Assembly (NCBI GenBank): GCA_023425025.1
Contig: JAFADG010000045.1
Location: forward strand, 8,172-72,171
DNA: 64,000 nt
Reading direction: 5' to 3'
From: Bacillota bacterium
GTDB taxonomy: Bacteria; Bacillota; Clostridia; Christensenellales; Aristaeellaceae
Each line of letters begins with the position of its first letter. The first letter of the stretch is position 1. The position numbers were made by a program, and so were the translations under genes. The notes under the pieces were generated by a model. That model was not told the origin of the DNA. It worked only from the letters and a program-made list of their open reading frames with translations, and ran no database searches. Below, piece by piece: positions 11,057 through 21,598 of this stretch.

Positions 11057-13735
11057 TTACGCCAGCACCGGTTCCTTTTCCTTGACTACTTTGGCAGCCT
11101 TTTCCCCGGCTGCTTTTCCGCTTGCCTGCTTCTTGCTTGGCGCTTCGCCATAGTACGCCTCCAGCAGGATGTTTTCCAAGTCGCGGATTTTGGGGTACAC
11201 CGGGTTGGCGGTGGTGCACTGGTCCTCAAAAGCCCTTACGGCTAAGGCGGGGGCTTGTTCCAGGAAGGCATTTTCGTCAATACCCAGTCCCTTCAAAGTA
11301 GTAGGGATGTTCAGCTTCCTGGCCAAATCCCTGACAGCGGCGATCAGGCTGTTTACCTGTTCCTCCACCGTGTTTCCGCCAAGGCCCAGATACCTTGCGA
11401 CCTTGGCATACCGCTTGTCGGCGGCGTAGGTGCCGTACTTGGGGAAGGTGGCAAACTTGTCGGGCTTCTTGGCGTTATAGGCGATCACATAGGGCAGGAG
11501 CACGGCGTTGGCCCGGCCGTGGCTGACATGGAACTCGCCGCCGATCTTGTGGGCCAGGGAGTGGTTGATGCCAAGGAACGCGTTGGTGAATGCCATGCCG
11601 GCGATGCAGGAGGCGTTGAGCATCTTTTCCCCGGCCAGGGCGTCAGCCTGGTTCAGGTAGCTGCGCTCCAGAAATTCAAACACCATTTCGATGGACTTGA
11701 GCGCCAGCCCGTCGGTATAGTCGGAGGCCAGCACGGACACGTACGCCTCCATGGCGTGGGTCAAAACATCCATGCCCGTATCCGCCACAATGGTTTTGGG
11801 CAGCGAGCGCACAAACTGCGGGTCGATGATGGCCACGTCCGGCGTCAGCTCATAGTCTGCCAAAGGGTACTTCACATTGCCGTTGCGCTTGTCGGTGATG
11901 ACCGAAAAGCTGGTCACCTCCGACCCCGTGCCGCTGGTGGTGGGAATGCATACCATCTGCGCCTTTTTGCCAAGGTTCGGGTAATGGAAGGCCCGCTTGC
12001 GGATATCCAGGAACCGCAGCCGCAAACCGTCGAAGGAGGTTTCGGGATACTCGTAGAACAGCCACATGCCCTTGGCTGCGTCCATGGCGGACCCGCCGCC
12101 CAGGGCAATGATCACATCGGGCTGGAAGGCCTTCATGGCCGTAACGCCCCGCTCAATGGTTTCCACAGAAGGGTCGGGCTCCACCTGGTCAAAGATTTCG
12201 CTGTGGCAGTACGTGCCGCGCTTGCGCAGGTAATGGAGCACCTTGTTCACGTAGCCCAGTTTCACCATCATGGGGTCGGTGACGATAAAAGCCCTACTGA
12301 TGTTTGGCATATGGGAAAGGTACTGCACGGAGTTTTCTTCAAAGTAGATTTTCGGGGGGATTTTGAACCACTGCATGTTGGTGCGGCGGTGGGCCACCCG
12401 CTTTTTGTTGATCAGGTTGACGGTGGATACGTTGGCGGTGGTGGAGTTGTGGCCGAAGGAGCCGCAGCCCAGCGTCAGCGAAGGCGTGTTGGTGTTGTAG
12501 ATGTCGCCGATGGCACCCTGGGAGGAGGGAGCGTTGGCGATGACGCGGCCGGCCTTCATGGCCTGGCCGTAGGCTTTGCAAAGCTCCTCGTCGTTGGAGT
12601 GGATCACCGCGGAGTGGCCCAGGCCGCCGAGTTCCAGCATGGCCTGTGCGTAGCGGAAGCCTTCCTTTTCATCCTTGGCCACAAAATAGGCCAGCACGGG
12701 GGAGAGCTTTTCCAGCGACAGGGGATACTGTTTGGAGGGTTCGGGGAGCTTGGCAATCAGTATCTTGGTATTCTCGGGCACTTGCAGATTGATCTGGCCG
12801 GCGATCCACGCGGCGGTCTTGCCTACCACCTGGGGGTTCACGCCGCCGCGGCCGGCGGGCATCATATATTCGGTGAGGCGTGCGGCTTCGTCGGGATTTA
12901 AAAAGTAGCAGTTGTTTTCGGCCATAAAGGCTTCAAATTCTGCGGAAATGGCCTCGTCCACGATCACGCCCTGCTCCGAGGCGCAGATCATGCCGTTGTC
13001 AAAGGTCTTTGATAACATCAGGTCCGTGCAGGCCCGCTGGACATCCACATTACGGTGGATATAGCAGGGCACGTTGCCGGGGCCTACACCCAGGGCCGGC
13101 TTGCCGGCGCTGTAGGCGGAGTGCACCATGGACGAACCGCCGGTGGCCAGAATGAGGGATACACCCTTGTGGTGCATCAGCGCTGTGGTGGCCTCCACAG
13201 AAGGATGCTCGATCCACTGCACGCAGCCTTCCGGCGCGCCGGCCTTGACGGCGGCATCCCTAACGATGCGGGCGGCCTCCGCGGAGCACTTCTGGGCGGA
13301 AGGGTGGAAGGCGAAAATGATGGGATTGCGCGCCTTGGCGCAGATCAGCGCCTTGAACAACGTGGTGGAGGGGGGGTTGGTGACGGGGGTCACGCCGGCA
13401 ACCACGCCCACCGGCTCCGCCAGCTCGATATAGCCTTCCTGCTCGTTTTCATCGATGACGCCGACGGTTTTCAGGTTCTTGATGCTGTGCCAGATATATT
13501 CGGTGGCGAACATATTTTTGATGACCTTGTCCTCCACGTTGCCGCGTCCGGTTTCCTCCACCGCCATCTGGGCCAGGGTAAGATGGGCGTCCAGGCCGGA
13601 AAGGGTCATGGCATGGACGATCTTGTCCACCTGATCCTGATCCAGGGACATATATTTTTCCAAGGCTTCCTGGGCTTTTGTGACCAGGCCGTCGATCATG
13701 GTTTCCACAAGCTTCATATCCTGTTCCTTCGCCAT
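11057..13735 (-). CDS. adhE: bifunctional acetaldehyde-CoA/alcohol dehydrogenase
   Basis: 892 aa. N-terminal ALDH half with catalytic Cys (NGMICASEQ) and C-terminal iron-ADH half (ALGGGSAMDAAK, His-rich metal site). Confidence 0.95.
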   Translation of the reverse strand: MAKEQDMKLVETMIDGLVTKAQEALEKYMSLDQDQVDKIVHAMTLSGLDAHLTLAQMAVEETGRGNVEDKVIKNMFATEYIWHSIKNLKTVGVIDENEQEGYIELAEPVGVVAGVTPVTNPPSTTLFKALICAKARNPIIFAFHPSAQKCSAEAARIVRDAAVKAGAPEGCVQWIEHPSVEATTALMHHKGVSLILATGGSSMVHSAYSAGKPALGVGPGNVPCYIHRNVDVQRACTDLMLSKTFDNGMICASEQGVIVDEAISAEFEAFMAENNCYFLNPDEAARLTEYMMPAGRGGVNPQVVGKTAAWIAGQINLQVPENTKILIAKLPEPSKQYPLSLEKLSPVLAYFVAKDEKEGFRYAQAMLELGGLGHSAVIHSNDEELCKAYGQAMKAGRVIANAPSSQGAIGDIYNTNTPSLTLGCGSFGHNSTTANVSTVNLINKKRVAHRRTNMQWFKIPPKIYFEENSVQYLSHMPNISRAFIVTDPMMVKLGYVNKVLHYLRKRGTYCHSEIFDQVEPDPSVETIERGVTAMKAFQPDVIIALGGGSAMDAAKGMWLFYEYPETSFDGLRLRFLDIRKRAFHYPNLGKKAQMVCIPTTSGTGSEVTSFSVITDKRNGNVKYPLADYELTPDVAIIDPQFVRSLPKTIVADTGMDVLTHAMEAYVSVLASDYTDGLALKSIEMVFEFLERSYLNQADALAGEKMLNASCIAGMAFTNAFLGINHSLAHKIGGEFHVSHGRANAVLLPYVIAYNAKKPDKFATFPKYGTYAADKRYAKVARYLGLGGNTVEEQVNSLIAAVRDLARKLNIPTTLKGLGIDENAFLEQAPALAVRAFEDQCTTANPVYPKIRDLENILLEAYYGEAPSKKQASGKAAGEKAAKVVKEKEPVLA

Positions 13736-13809
13736 ATGATTACCTCCGTTTCAGTCGCTGTGCCGCCAGAGAGCTTCTGCCTCCGACTCGTTAATATTTT
13801 AACATGATA

Positions 13810-13827
13810 TTGTTAAAATTTCAACAA
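13810..13827. promoter_or_regulatory. Rex-like operator upstream of adhE
   Basis: TTGTTAAaattTCAACAA versus the clostridial Rex consensus TTGTTAAnnnnTTAACAA (one mismatch). 75 nt upstream of the adhE start. Overlaps a second palindrome, ATTTTAACatgatattGTTAAAAT (13796-13819). Confidence 0.55.
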
Positions 13828-14036
13828 TGTTATTTGGCGTTCTTTCAACCATTTTTTCCTGCAGGACATGCTTTATGCAGCTTCATTTTTACATACGCAT
13901 GAAAGGGCCCAAAACAAGGAAAAATTGTTTGTTTCAGAACAAGAACAGTTGTATCATATGGTATTATTTTTGCCGGTTTTCATTGTTCTTTTTCTGATTT
14001 TTGAAGGATGCATACAAAATAAATGCATTTTTCTGC

Positions 14037-14065
14037 TTACATCCACGGGGTATATGTGATAAAAT
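14037..14065 (+). promoter_or_regulatory. candidate sigma-70-type promoter for gltBD
   Basis: TTACAT, a 17-nt spacer, then TAAAAT with an upstream TGa (extended -10). About 30 nt before the gltB start. Confidence 0.45.
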
Positions 14066-14093
14066 CAATGTCAACCCAAAATTAGTTGCATGA

Positions 14094-17000
14094 ATGGGTG
14101 AGGTTATGGAATACCACCAGGGACTGCCCCTCAGGCAGGGGCTGTACGATCCAAGGAACGAACACGACGCCTGCGGCATGGGCTTCGTCGTCCACATCGG
14201 GGGAGAAAAATCCCACGCTATTCTGGATGACGCCCTCACGGTTCTGGAAAACCTGAGCCACCGCGGCGCCCATGGCGCAGACGAGCATACTGGCGACGGG
14301 GCCGGCGTGCTGACACAAATTCCCCACGCGTTTTTCAAGCGGGACTTAAAGACACTGGGCATCATCCTGCCGGAGGCAGGACACTACGGGGTGGGTATGC
14401 TCTTTGCCCACAGGTACGAGGATTTCCGCAAAAAGCAAATGGCGGCCTTTGAGGACATTGTTGTCAGCGAGGGTCAAACCATTTTGGGCTGGCGGGAAGT
14501 GCCCATCGACTTTACCACCATCGGCGAAAGCGCCAAGGCCGCGCTGCCGCGCTTCATCCAGGTGTTCATCGGCAAGAGTGAAGACATCCCCTGCGGCATG
14601 GCCTTTGAGCGCAAGCTGTTCATGATCCGCAAGCTGGCGGAGAAGACCATTCCGAAAATGAGCGAGGACTACGGCGGCATTTTCTACTTTTCCAGCCTGT
14701 CCTCCAAGACCATTGTGTACAAGGGCATGCTCACGGCCTCCCAGCTTCGCAGCTTTTATCTGGACTTGTCGGACCTGGATTATGAAACCGCCCTGGCCAT
14801 GGTCCACTCCCGCTTTTCCACCAACACCTTCCCCAGCTGGGAAAGGGCGCACCCCAACAGGTTCCTGGTACACAATGGCGAGATCAACACCATCCGCGGC
14901 AACGTGAACTGGATGAAGGCCCGCCAGCGCAGCATCGTATCCCCGCTGTTTGAGGACATATCAAAGGTCTGCCCGGTCATCGACGAAACCGGCAGCGATT
15001 CTTCGATGTTTGACAACTGCCTGGAGTTTTTGTACCTGATGGGCCGGTCGCTGCCCCATGCCGCGATGATGATGATTCCCGAGCCCTGGGAGAAAAACGA
15101 CCTCATGTCCCAGGAGAAGCGGGAATTTTACAAATACCAAAGCTTCCTCATGGAGCCCTGGGACGGCCCCGCCGCCATGGCGTTTTCTGACGGTGATGTG
15201 ATCGGCGGCATGCTGGATCGAAACGGCCTGCGCCCCTCCCGCTACTATGTGACGAAGGACAACCGGGTCATCCTGGCCTCGGAAGTCGGCGTGGTGGATT
15301 TGAAGCCCGACAATGTGGCCTACAAGGGCCGCCTGGAGCCTGGCCGCATGCTGCTTATCGATACGGTGCAAAAGCGCATCATTGCCGATGAAGAACTAAA
15401 AAGCGTTGTCGCCAGGGAATACCCCTACCCGCAGTGGAACAAAGAGCATATCTTTCCGCTGAGCAGCCTGAATGTGGACGCTTATCAGCCGCAGCCTGTG
15501 CCCGAAAACCTGCTGACGCTGCAAAAGGCGTTTGGCTATACGTATGAGGATGTGTACAAATTTCTTATGCCCATGGCGCAGGCGGCAGAAGACCCGGTAG
15601 GTTCCATGGGCATGGATACGCCCCTGGCCGTGCTGTCTGAAAAGCCGCAAATGCTTTATGTCTATTTCAAGCAGCTGTTTGCCCAGGTCACCAACCCGCC
15701 TATCGACGGCATACGGGAAGAGATCGTGACCTCCGCCAGCGTCTTTTTGGGTACCTCCGGCAACCTGCTAAAGCCCGATCAGGAGGAGCCCCACAGCCTG
15801 CTGCTGCCCCATCCCATTTTGACCAACGAGCAGCTGGCCGCCATCAAGGGACTGGATAACGGCACCTTTAAGACCGCCGTGGTTTCGCTGCTGTATAAAG
15901 TAAGCGACGGCCCCGGCGCCATGGAAAAGGCGCTGCACATCGTCAACCGCCTGGCCAGCCGTGCAATCGCCGAGGGCGCGAATATTCTGGTCTTATCCGA
16001 CCGGGGCGTGAACGCGGAATATGCCGCGCTGCCGGCATTGATTGCCTGCTCCGGGCTGCACCACAGCCTGATCCGCCGGGAAATCCGCACCAATGTGGGG
16101 CTGGTGCTGGAATCGGGCGAGCCTCGGGAGGTACACCATTTCTGCACGCTGCTGGGCTACGGCGTCACCGCCATCAACCCCTATCTCGTGTTTGACACCA
16201 TCCGTGATTTGGATCAAAAGGGGCTGCTGAACGGTATCGGCGCGGAGGAGGGCATTGCCCACTACATTAAGGGCGCTGTCAAGGGCGTGTTGAAGGTGCT
16301 CACCAAAATGGGTATTTCCACCATACAAAGCTACCACGGCGCGCAGATTTTCGAGGCCGTAGGCATTTCTCAGGCCGTCGTTGACAAGTACTTCACCCAT
16401 ACCCCCACAAGGCTGGAGGGCATCGGCCTGGAGGAAATCCACAAAGAGAACCAGTTGCGCCACGAAAGCGCCTATGCGGATAACTCTCCTTATAACGATA
16501 CCCTGGAAACCGGCGGCACCTTTCAAAGCAAGGCCGATGGCGAGGAACATTTGTACAACCCCGAAACCATTTACCTGTTGCAAAAGGCCTGCCGAAGCGG
16601 CGATTACAGCATTTTTAAATCCTTTTCCAAAAAGATCAACGAGGAACAGCTGGCCACCCTGCGCAGCCTGCTGGATTTCAAGTTTACCGCCGGCGAAACC
16701 ATTCCCATTGAGGAAGTGGAGCCGGTGGAGCAAATCGTCAAGCGCTTCAAGACCGGGGCCATGTCCTACGGCTCCATCAGCCGCGAAGCCCACGAGTGCC
16801 TGGCCATCGCCATGAACCGCCTGGGCGGCAAGAGCAATACGGGTGAGGGCGGCGAAGACCCGGAGCGCTTTTTGCCTATGGAAAACGGCGATTCGAAAAA
16901 GAGCGCCATCAAGCAGGTGGCCTCCGGCCGCTTTGGCGTCACCAGCAACTACCTGGTCAACGCCAAGGAGATTCAGATTAAAATGGCCCAGGGCGCCAAG

Positions 17001-18671
17001 CCCGGCGAGGGCGGACAGCTGCCCGGCCGCAAGGTATACCCGGCCATTGCCAAAACCCGCCATTCCACCCCCGGCGTAGGATTGATCTCTCCGCCGCCGC
17101 ACCATGACATCTACTCCATTGAGGACTTGGCGGAACTGATCCACGACCTGAAAAACGCCAACCGGGATGCCCGCATCAACGTAAAGCTGGTGTCGGAAGT
17201 TGGCGTGGGCACCATTGCCGCCGGTGTGGCCAAGGGCAAGGCGGATGTGATTTTGATCAGCGGCTACGACGGCGGCACAGGCGCGTCGCCCTTAACCAGC
17301 ATCAAGCATGCCGGCCTGCCCTGGGAAATGGGCTTGGCCGAAACCCACCAAACCCTGGTGCTCAACCGCCTGCGGGACAGGGTGATATTGGAGACCGACG
17401 GCAAGCTGCTAACCGGCCGGGACGTGGTCATCGCCGCCATGCTGGGCGCGGAGGAGTTCGGTTTTGCCACTACGCCGCTGATCGCCCTGGGCTGCCTGAT
17501 GATGCGGGTATGCAACCTGAACACCTGCCCCGTGGGCATCGCTACTCAGGATGAGAACCTTCGCAAGTGCTTTACCGGCAAGCCGGAATATGTGGAAAAT
17601 TTCATGCGCTTTATCGCCAGGGAAATGCGGGAGATCATGTCCCGCCTTGGCATACGCACCATCAATGAGCTGGTGGGCCGCACCGATAAGCTCAAAACCA
17701 AAGAAAACCTGCTCCACTGGAAGGCGAACAAGCTGGATTTGTCGCCCATCCTCTACCAGCCCTACGCCGGGGCGGATGTGGGCCGCTTCCACAAGCAGGG
17801 CCAAAGGCACAACCTGGAAAAAAGCCTGGGCATGAAAAAGCTGCTGCGCATGTGCAAGCCGGCCCTGGAAAGCGGCACGCCCATCCGTGCCAAGCTGCAG
17901 ATCCGCAATGTGGACCGGGTGGTGGGCACCCTGGTAGGCAGCGAGATTTCCAAAAAGTACGGCGAAAGCGGCCTGCCTGCCGATACCATCCATTTGCAGT
18001 TTGTGGGCTCCGCCGGCCAGAGCTTCGGCGCGTTCGCGCCCAAAGGCCTGACCCTGGAGCTTCAAGGCGACGCCAACGACTATTTCGGCAAAGGCCTGTC
18101 CGGCGGCAAGATCATCGCCTATCCGCCCAAGGCGCCGGGCTTTGCGCCGGAGGAGAACATTCTCATCGGCAACGTGGCCTTTTATGGCGCCACCGGGGGC
18201 GAGGCGTATTTGAGCGGCGTGGCCGGCGAACGCTTTTGCGTGCGCAACAGCGGCATCACCGCCGTGGTGGAGGGCGTGGGCGACCACGGCTGCGAGTATA
18301 TGACCGGCGGCCGCGTGGTGGTGCTGGGAAGTACCGGCCGCAACTTCGCGGCCGGCATGTCCGGCGGCATCGCCTACGTGCTGGACTTTGAGGAGATGCG
18401 CTGCAACAAATCCATGGTGCTGCTGGAAGGCTTCGCGTCCGACAAGGAAAAGCAGCAGGTGAAGGAACTTGTGCAAAAGCATGTGGCTCTCACCGGCAGC
18501 CCGGTAGGGGAGCGGGTGCTGGCCGATTGGGAGGCTTACGCCAAGCGCTTCACCCGCGTGATCCCCAAGGATTACAAGCAGATGATGCAGTATATCGAGG
18601 AAGCAAGTGCTTCTGGCTTAACGGGCGAGGAAGCCCTGATGGCCGCCTTTGAGCGCGGGGGGAAGGGGTAA
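14094..18671 (+). CDS. gltB: glutamate synthase large subunit
   Basis: 1525 aa. Ntn-amidotransferase Cys in [13 protein letters not shown]/Fe-S central domain, and C-terminal GXGXG beta-helix ([13 protein letters not shown]). Start ambiguous: 14094 or 14106. Confidence 0.95.
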   Translation: MGEVMEYHQGLPLRQGLYDPRNEHDACGMGFVVHIGGEKSHAILDDALTVLENLSHRGAHGADEHTGDGAGVLTQIPHAFFKRDLKTLGIILPEAGHYGVGMLFAHRYEDFRKKQMAAFEDIVVSEGQTILGWREVPIDFTTIGESAKAALPRFIQVFIGKSEDIPCGMAFERKLFMIRKLAEKTIPKMSEDYGGIFYFSSLSSKTIVYKGMLTASQLRSFYLDLSDLDYETALAMVHSRFSTNTFPSWERAHPNRFLVHNGEINTIRGNVNWMKARQRSIVSPLFEDISKVCPVIDETGSDSSMFDNCLEFLYLMGRSLPHAAMMMIPEPWEKNDLMSQEKREFYKYQSFLMEPWDGPAAMAFSDGDVIGGMLDRNGLRPSRYYVTKDNRVILASEVGVVDLKPDNVAYKGRLEPGRMLLIDTVQKRIIADEELKSVVAREYPYPQWNKEHIFPLSSLNVDAYQPQPVPENLLTLQKAFGYTYEDVYKFLMPMAQAAEDPVGSMGMDTPLAVLSEKPQMLYVYFKQLFAQVTNPPIDGIREEIVTSASVFLGTSGNLLKPDQEEPHSLLLPHPILTNEQLAAIKGLDNGTFKTAVVSLLYKVSDGPGAMEKALHIVNRLASRAIAEGANILVLSDRGVNAEYAALPALIACSGLHHSLIRREIRTNVGLVLESGEPREVHHFCTLLGYGVTAINPYLVFDTIRDLDQKGLLNGIGAEEGIAHYIKGAVKGVLKVLTKMGISTIQSYHGAQIFEAVGISQAVVDKYFTHTPTRLEGIGLEEIHKENQLRHESAYADNSPYNDTLETGGTFQSKADGEEHLYNPETIYLLQKACRSGDYSIFKSFSKKINEEQLATLRSLLDFKFTAGETIPIEEVEPVEQIVKRFKTGAMSYGSISREAHECLAIAMNRLGGKSNTGEGGEDPERFLPMENGDSKKSAIKQVASGRFGVTSNYLVNAKEIQIKMAQGAKPGEGGQLPGRKVYPAIAKTRHSTPGVGLISPPPHHDIYSIEDLAELIHDLKNANRDARINVKLVSEVGVGTIAAGVAKGKADVILISGYDGGTGASPLTSIKHAGLPWEMGLAETHQTLVLNRLRDRVILETDGKLLTGRDVVIAAMLGAEEFGFATTPLIALGCLMMRVCNLNTCPVGIATQDENLRKCFTGKPEYVENFMRFIAREMREIMSRLGIRTINELVGRTDKLKTKENLLHWKANKLDLSPILYQPYAGADVGRFHKQGQRHNLEKSLGMKKLLRMCKPALESGTPIRAKLQIRNVDRVVGTLVGSEISKKYGESGLPADTIHLQFVGSAGQSFGAFAPKGLTLELQGDANDYFGKGLSGGKIIAYPPKAPGFAPEENILIGNVAFYGATGGEAYLSGVAGERFCVRNSGITAVVEGVGDHGCEYMTGGRVVVLGSTGRNFAAGMSGGIAYVLDFEEMRCNKSMVLLEGFASDKEKQQVKELVQKHVALTGSPVGERVLADWEAYAKRFTRVIPKDYKQMMQYIEEASASGLTGEEALMAAFERGGKG

Positions 18672-18704
18672 GGCAAATACCTTTCCGATATTTATTTTCA
18701 TAGA

Positions 18705-18770
18705 GGTTTCCGTCCGAAGGTTTCCAAAGGGCGACCGGAAAGCCCTTTGGTCGCGCCTATCAAGGCGCGA
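18705..18770 (+). repeat. structured intergenic repeat, family A, copy 1 (gltB-gltD spacer)
   Basis: CGTCCGAAGGTTTCCAAAGGGCGACCGGAAAGCCCTTTGGTCGCGCCtatcaaGGCGCG. A 9-bp perfect stem CCAAAGGGC/GCCCTTTGG plus the adjacent hairpin GCGCC/GGCGC. Confidence 0.85.
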
Positions 18771-18829
18771 AATATCCCAATCACAATGATTATCTTAACG
18801 ACCTCACTTTTGACATTGAGGTGAATACA

Positions 18830-20314
18830 GTGGCAAAACCCACCGGTTTCCTGGAATACCAGCGCGTCAATTATCCCAAGCGCTCCCCGGCGGACCGTCT
18901 CACCGACTGGCAGGAAATCCGACTGCCCGCCGATCCTATCGAGGTCAAAACCCAGGCGGCCCGCTGCATGAACTGCGGCATCCCTTTTTGCCATGGCGGC
19001 ATCCTGCTTGCCGGCATGGCCGCCGGCTGCCCGGTGCATAACCTCATCCCTGAATGGAACGACCTCGTCTACCGCAACCAGTGGCACGAGGCTTACCTGC
19101 GCCTGCAGCGCACCAACCCCTTCCCCGAGTTCACGGGCCGTGTTTGCCCCGCACCCTGCGAGGGCAGCTGCACCGAGGGCTACCACATGGAGCCCGTGAC
19201 CATCAGCGCCCTGGAATACGAAATCATTGAGCGCGCCTACAAAGAGGGCTGGGTCAAGGCCCAGCACGCCAAGCCCACCGGCAAAAAGGTCGCCGTGGTC
19301 GGCTCCGGCCCCGCAGGCCTTTCCGCCGCGTATTTTTTGAACTACGTCGGCCATGCTGTCACCGTTTTTGAACGGCAGGATCGGCCTGGCGGCCTTTTAA
19401 CCTACGGTATACCCAACATGAAGCTGGATAAGGCCGTGGTGGACCGCCGCGTCGCGCTCATGAAAGAATCGGGCATCCACTTCATCATAAATACCGAAGT
19501 GGGCCGCGATATCCCCGCACAGCAGCTGCTTGCGGAATTTGATGCGGTGCTTATAAGCGGCGGTGCGACCAAGCCCCGTGGCCTGACCGTGCCGGGCAAG
19601 AACCTAAACGGCGTGCACTTTGCCGTGGACTTTTTGACCGCAAATACCAAGCATGTGCTGGACGGCGCACAGCCCGAAGGCTACATCAGCGCCAAAGACA
19701 AGCAAGTGATCATATTGGGCGGCGGCGATACCGGCACCGACTGCGTGGCCACCAGCCTTCGCCAGGGCTGCAAAAGCGTGGTCCAGTTCGAGATCATGCC
19801 GGAGCCGCCGGAGCACCGCATTGCCGCCGACAACCCCTGGCCCGAATGGCCCAAAAAGCTGAAGGTGGATTATGGCCAGGAGGAAGCCATACACGTGGCC
19901 GGCCGCGACCCGCGGTATTACCTCATCAACACCAAAGAGCTCATCGGCGATGAAAACGGCCACGTCAAAGAGGTGTGCACCGTGAACATCGACTGGATCA
20001 AAAATGCCCAGGGCCGCCTGATCCCCCAGGAGATACCCGGCAGCGAACGCATTTGGCCCGCCGACCTCGTTCTCCTGGCCATGGGCTTCCTGGGCCCGGA
20101 AGACACCCTCCCCAACGCCCTCACCCTGGATCGCGACGAGCGCAGCAATATAAAGGCCGCCTATGGCTCCTTCCAGACCAGCACCGATAAGGTCTTTGCC
20201 GCCGGGGATATGCGCCGCGGTCAAAGTCTCGTCGTCTGGGCCATTCAGGAAGGCAAGCTCGCCGCTAGGGAAATCGACAAGTTCCTGACCGGGAAATCGG
20301 TGATTGTGGAGTAG
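18830..20314 (+). CDS. gltD: glutamate synthase small subunit (NADPH)
   Basis: AKPTGFLEYQR N-terminus, Fe-S Cys cluster (CPAPCEGSCT), FAD motif VAVVGSGPAGLSAAYFL. The GTG at 18830 is 6 nt after GAGGTG; the track start at 18821 is also a GTG. Confidence 0.93.
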   Translation: MAKPTGFLEYQRVNYPKRSPADRLTDWQEIRLPADPIEVKTQAARCMNCGIPFCHGGILLAGMAAGCPVHNLIPEWNDLVYRNQWHEAYLRLQRTNPFPEFTGRVCPAPCEGSCTEGYHMEPVTISALEYEIIERAYKEGWVKAQHAKPTGKKVAVVGSGPAGLSAAYFLNYVGHAVTVFERQDRPGGLLTYGIPNMKLDKAVVDRRVALMKESGIHFIINTEVGRDIPAQQLLAEFDAVLISGGATKPRGLTVPGKNLNGVHFAVDFLTANTKHVLDGAQPEGYISAKDKQVIILGGGDTGTDCVATSLRQGCKSVVQFEIMPEPPEHRIAADNPWPEWPKKLKVDYGQEEAIHVAGRDPRYYLINTKELIGDENGHVKEVCTVNIDWIKNAQGRLIPQEIPGSERIWPADLVLLAMGFLGPEDTLPNALTLDRDERSNIKAAYGSFQTSTDKVFAAGDMRRGQSLVVWAIQEGKLAAREIDKFLTGKSVIVE

Positions 20315-20333
20315 GGCTTGATGGATGGCAAGC

Positions 20334-20367
20334 GGGGAGGGAGCTTTTTGAAAAAATCTCCCTCCCC
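20334..20367 (+). terminator. hairpin after gltD
   Basis: GGGGAGGGAG / CTCCCTCCCC 10-bp stem with a T/A-rich 14-nt loop. No clear T-tract after the stem. Confidence 0.45.
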
Positions 20368-20414
20368 GTACACCACCCGAAAAACTTCAATAAATCATTA
20401 TATGGCATTTGTGA

Positions 20415-20445
20415 AAGACGCAATGGTAAGCGGCCATTGCGTCTT
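20415..20445 (-). terminator. hairpin after the 58-aa ORF
   Basis: AAGACGCAATGG / CCATTGCGTCTT 12-bp stem, 4 nt after the stop. A short T-run follows on both strands. Confidence 0.5.
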
Positions 20446-20449
20446 TTGA

Positions 20450-20626
20450 TTAATCATGCCTTTGAATGCTGTCACCTTCCGACAAGACAGCATTCAAAGG
20501 CGGTTTGCTCTGGATTTCATTTTCGGCATACGTGTTTTCACCTTGCTGCTGCGCTTCAACAAGGGTATCCACCGCATCCGCCACCATTGCGGCAAGCTGA
20601 AAGTACATTTTTTCATAATCCGGCAC
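20450..20626 (-). CDS. small hypothetical protein (58 aa), below the ORF-track cutoff
   Basis: Hand translation gives (M)PDYEKMYFQLAAMVADAVDTLVEAQQQGENTYAENEIQSKPPLNAVLSEGDSIQRHD. The GTG at 20626 is 10 nt after AAGGAG (20642-20637). A hairpin follows the stop. Divergent from the XRE gene. Confidence 0.55.
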   Translation of the reverse strand: MPDYEKMYFQLAAMVADAVDTLVEAQQQGENTYAENEIQSKPPLNAVLSEGDSIQRHD

Positions 20627-20648
20627 CGAAACACACTCCTTTAAGCAT

Positions 20649-20749
20649 TAGTGTTATATCACTGATTATAACACAAAATAAAATCTAGTGCTATATCACT
20701 AACATCAAATCAAATTCTTTTTTATGATTTGTATAGTGATAAAACACTA
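20649..20749. promoter_or_regulatory. three related operator boxes between the small ORF and the XRE gene
   Basis: TAGTGTTATATCACT (20649-20663), TAGTGCTATATCACT (20686-20700), and the inverted AGTGATAAAACACTA (20735-20749). Each has AGTG/CACT arms. Confidence 0.6.
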
Positions 20750-20758
20750 GGGGGGCAT

Positions 20759-21001
20759 ATGGACACCAGACAAGCCGTGGCGGATAGAATCATGGAACTT
20801 TGCAACGAACGCAATATAACCCCCAACGCGTTAAGCTATCGCGCGGGGGTACCGCAGTCTACCATTAAAAGCATATTGAACGCGGAAAGTTTGAATCCGG
20901 GAATTGTGACGATCAAGAAATTGTGTGATGGGTTGGAGGTTACGCTGGTGGAGTTTTTTGATACGGGGATTTTTCGTGGGCTGGAGCAGGAAATCAAGTG
21001 A
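20759..21001 (+). CDS. XRE-family helix-turn-helix transcriptional regulator (80 aa)
   Basis: ITPNALSYRAGVPQSTIKSILN is a Cro/C1-type HTH. ATG at 20759 is preceded by a GGGGGG run. The track start at 20729 is a TTG lying inside an operator box. Confidence 0.85.
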   Translation: MDTRQAVADRIMELCNERNITPNALSYRAGVPQSTIKSILNAESLNPGIVTIKKLCDGLEVTLVEFFDTGIFRGLEQEIK

Positions 21002-21123
21002 TTGCATTTAAGCTGAGATATAAGTGCGGGGATGATTTCTTACATAAGGGAAGTTCTCCGCAAAGAATCTTGAGCCTCTTGCCATATAAAGATTCTTCGA
21101 TCGCTTCACTCTCTCAAAATGAC

Positions 21124-21149
21124 ACACTGATCCTTTCATCAGTGTTTTT
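21124..21149 (+). terminator. intrinsic terminator downstream of the XRE gene
   Basis: ACACTGAT / ATCAGTGT stem followed by TTTT. Confidence 0.5.
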
Positions 21150-21283
21150 CCAAGGGTATAGCTCTGTTTGTACCTTGAACGATAACTTCTCTGCATGTAT
21201 AATATTGGTAAACAACACCTAAGATGAATAAGGGCCAATTAGCCGTATCCTCTTCATCCCTTTGTCACAGAAAGGAGCCTCCC

Positions 21284-21598
21284 ATGTATTATTGCGAAAA
21301 ATGCATGCTTCTCACTCCAGAAAACCACTGCCTCACCTGCGGCGCGGAATACCTGCATCCTCCGGAAGAAGGCCAGCCCTGCTTCCTCACGGAAAAAGAA
21401 TCCCTGTGGAGCGGCATGCTGGCGGATGTCCTAAATCAAAAGAACATACCCTTTGTGCAAAAGCCATTGTTTGGCGCAGGCCTTGCCATGAAAGCCGGAC
21501 CGGCCATGGAGCGGTACCGGTTTTATGTTCCGTTCTCCTTCTATTCCGCCGCTCAAGAGATAGTGGAAGAATTGTTTGGGGAAACCAGCGAAAAATAA
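21284..21598 (+). CDS. hypothetical protein with an N-terminal zinc-ribbon (CxxC...CxxC) and a DUF2007-like domain
   Basis: MYYCEKCMLLTPENHCLTCG, followed by a small alpha/beta domain. ATG at 21284 is preceded by AAGGAG. Confidence 0.5.
   Translation: MYYCEKCMLLTPENHCLTCGAEYLHPPEEGQPCFLTEKESLWSGMLADVLNQKNIPFVQKPLFGAGLAMKAGPAMERYRFYVPFSFYSAAQEIVEELFGETSEK

Noticed and set aside
11057-11150. Lys/Ala-rich C-terminal tail of AdhE (APSKKQASGKAAGEKAAKVVKEKEPVLA) as an unusual extension
   Set aside because: E. coli AdhE is about 891 aa and has a similar Lys/Ala-rich tail, so the length and tail are normal for the family.
10164-11219. 351-aa minus-strand ORF overlapping the AraC gene and the adhE 3' end
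   Set aside because: It spans two well-supported genes and a terminator, and is Pro/Gly/Arg-rich. Not credible.
11255-12901. 548-aa plus-strand ORF, and other long ORFs opposite adhE
   Set aside because: It is antisense to a full-length adhE with clear catalytic motifs. The translation is Gly/His/Val/Ala/Arg-rich and low-complexity, typical of the mirror frame of GC-rich genes. No ribosome-binding site.
13860-14036. TnrA/GlnR-type site (TGTNAN7TNACA) upstream of gltB
   Set aside because: Candidates such as TGTTTCAGAACAAGAACA have the wrong spacing or half-sites, so there is no convincing match.
15993-18482. Minus-strand ORFs of 383 aa and 357 aa inside gltB
   Set aside because: Both are antisense to the glutamate synthase large subunit and have the same low-complexity shadow-frame composition.
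18698-19354. 218-aa minus-strand ORF starting in the gltB-gltD spacer
   Set aside because: It is antisense to gltD, and its C-terminus is simply a translation of the family A repeat.
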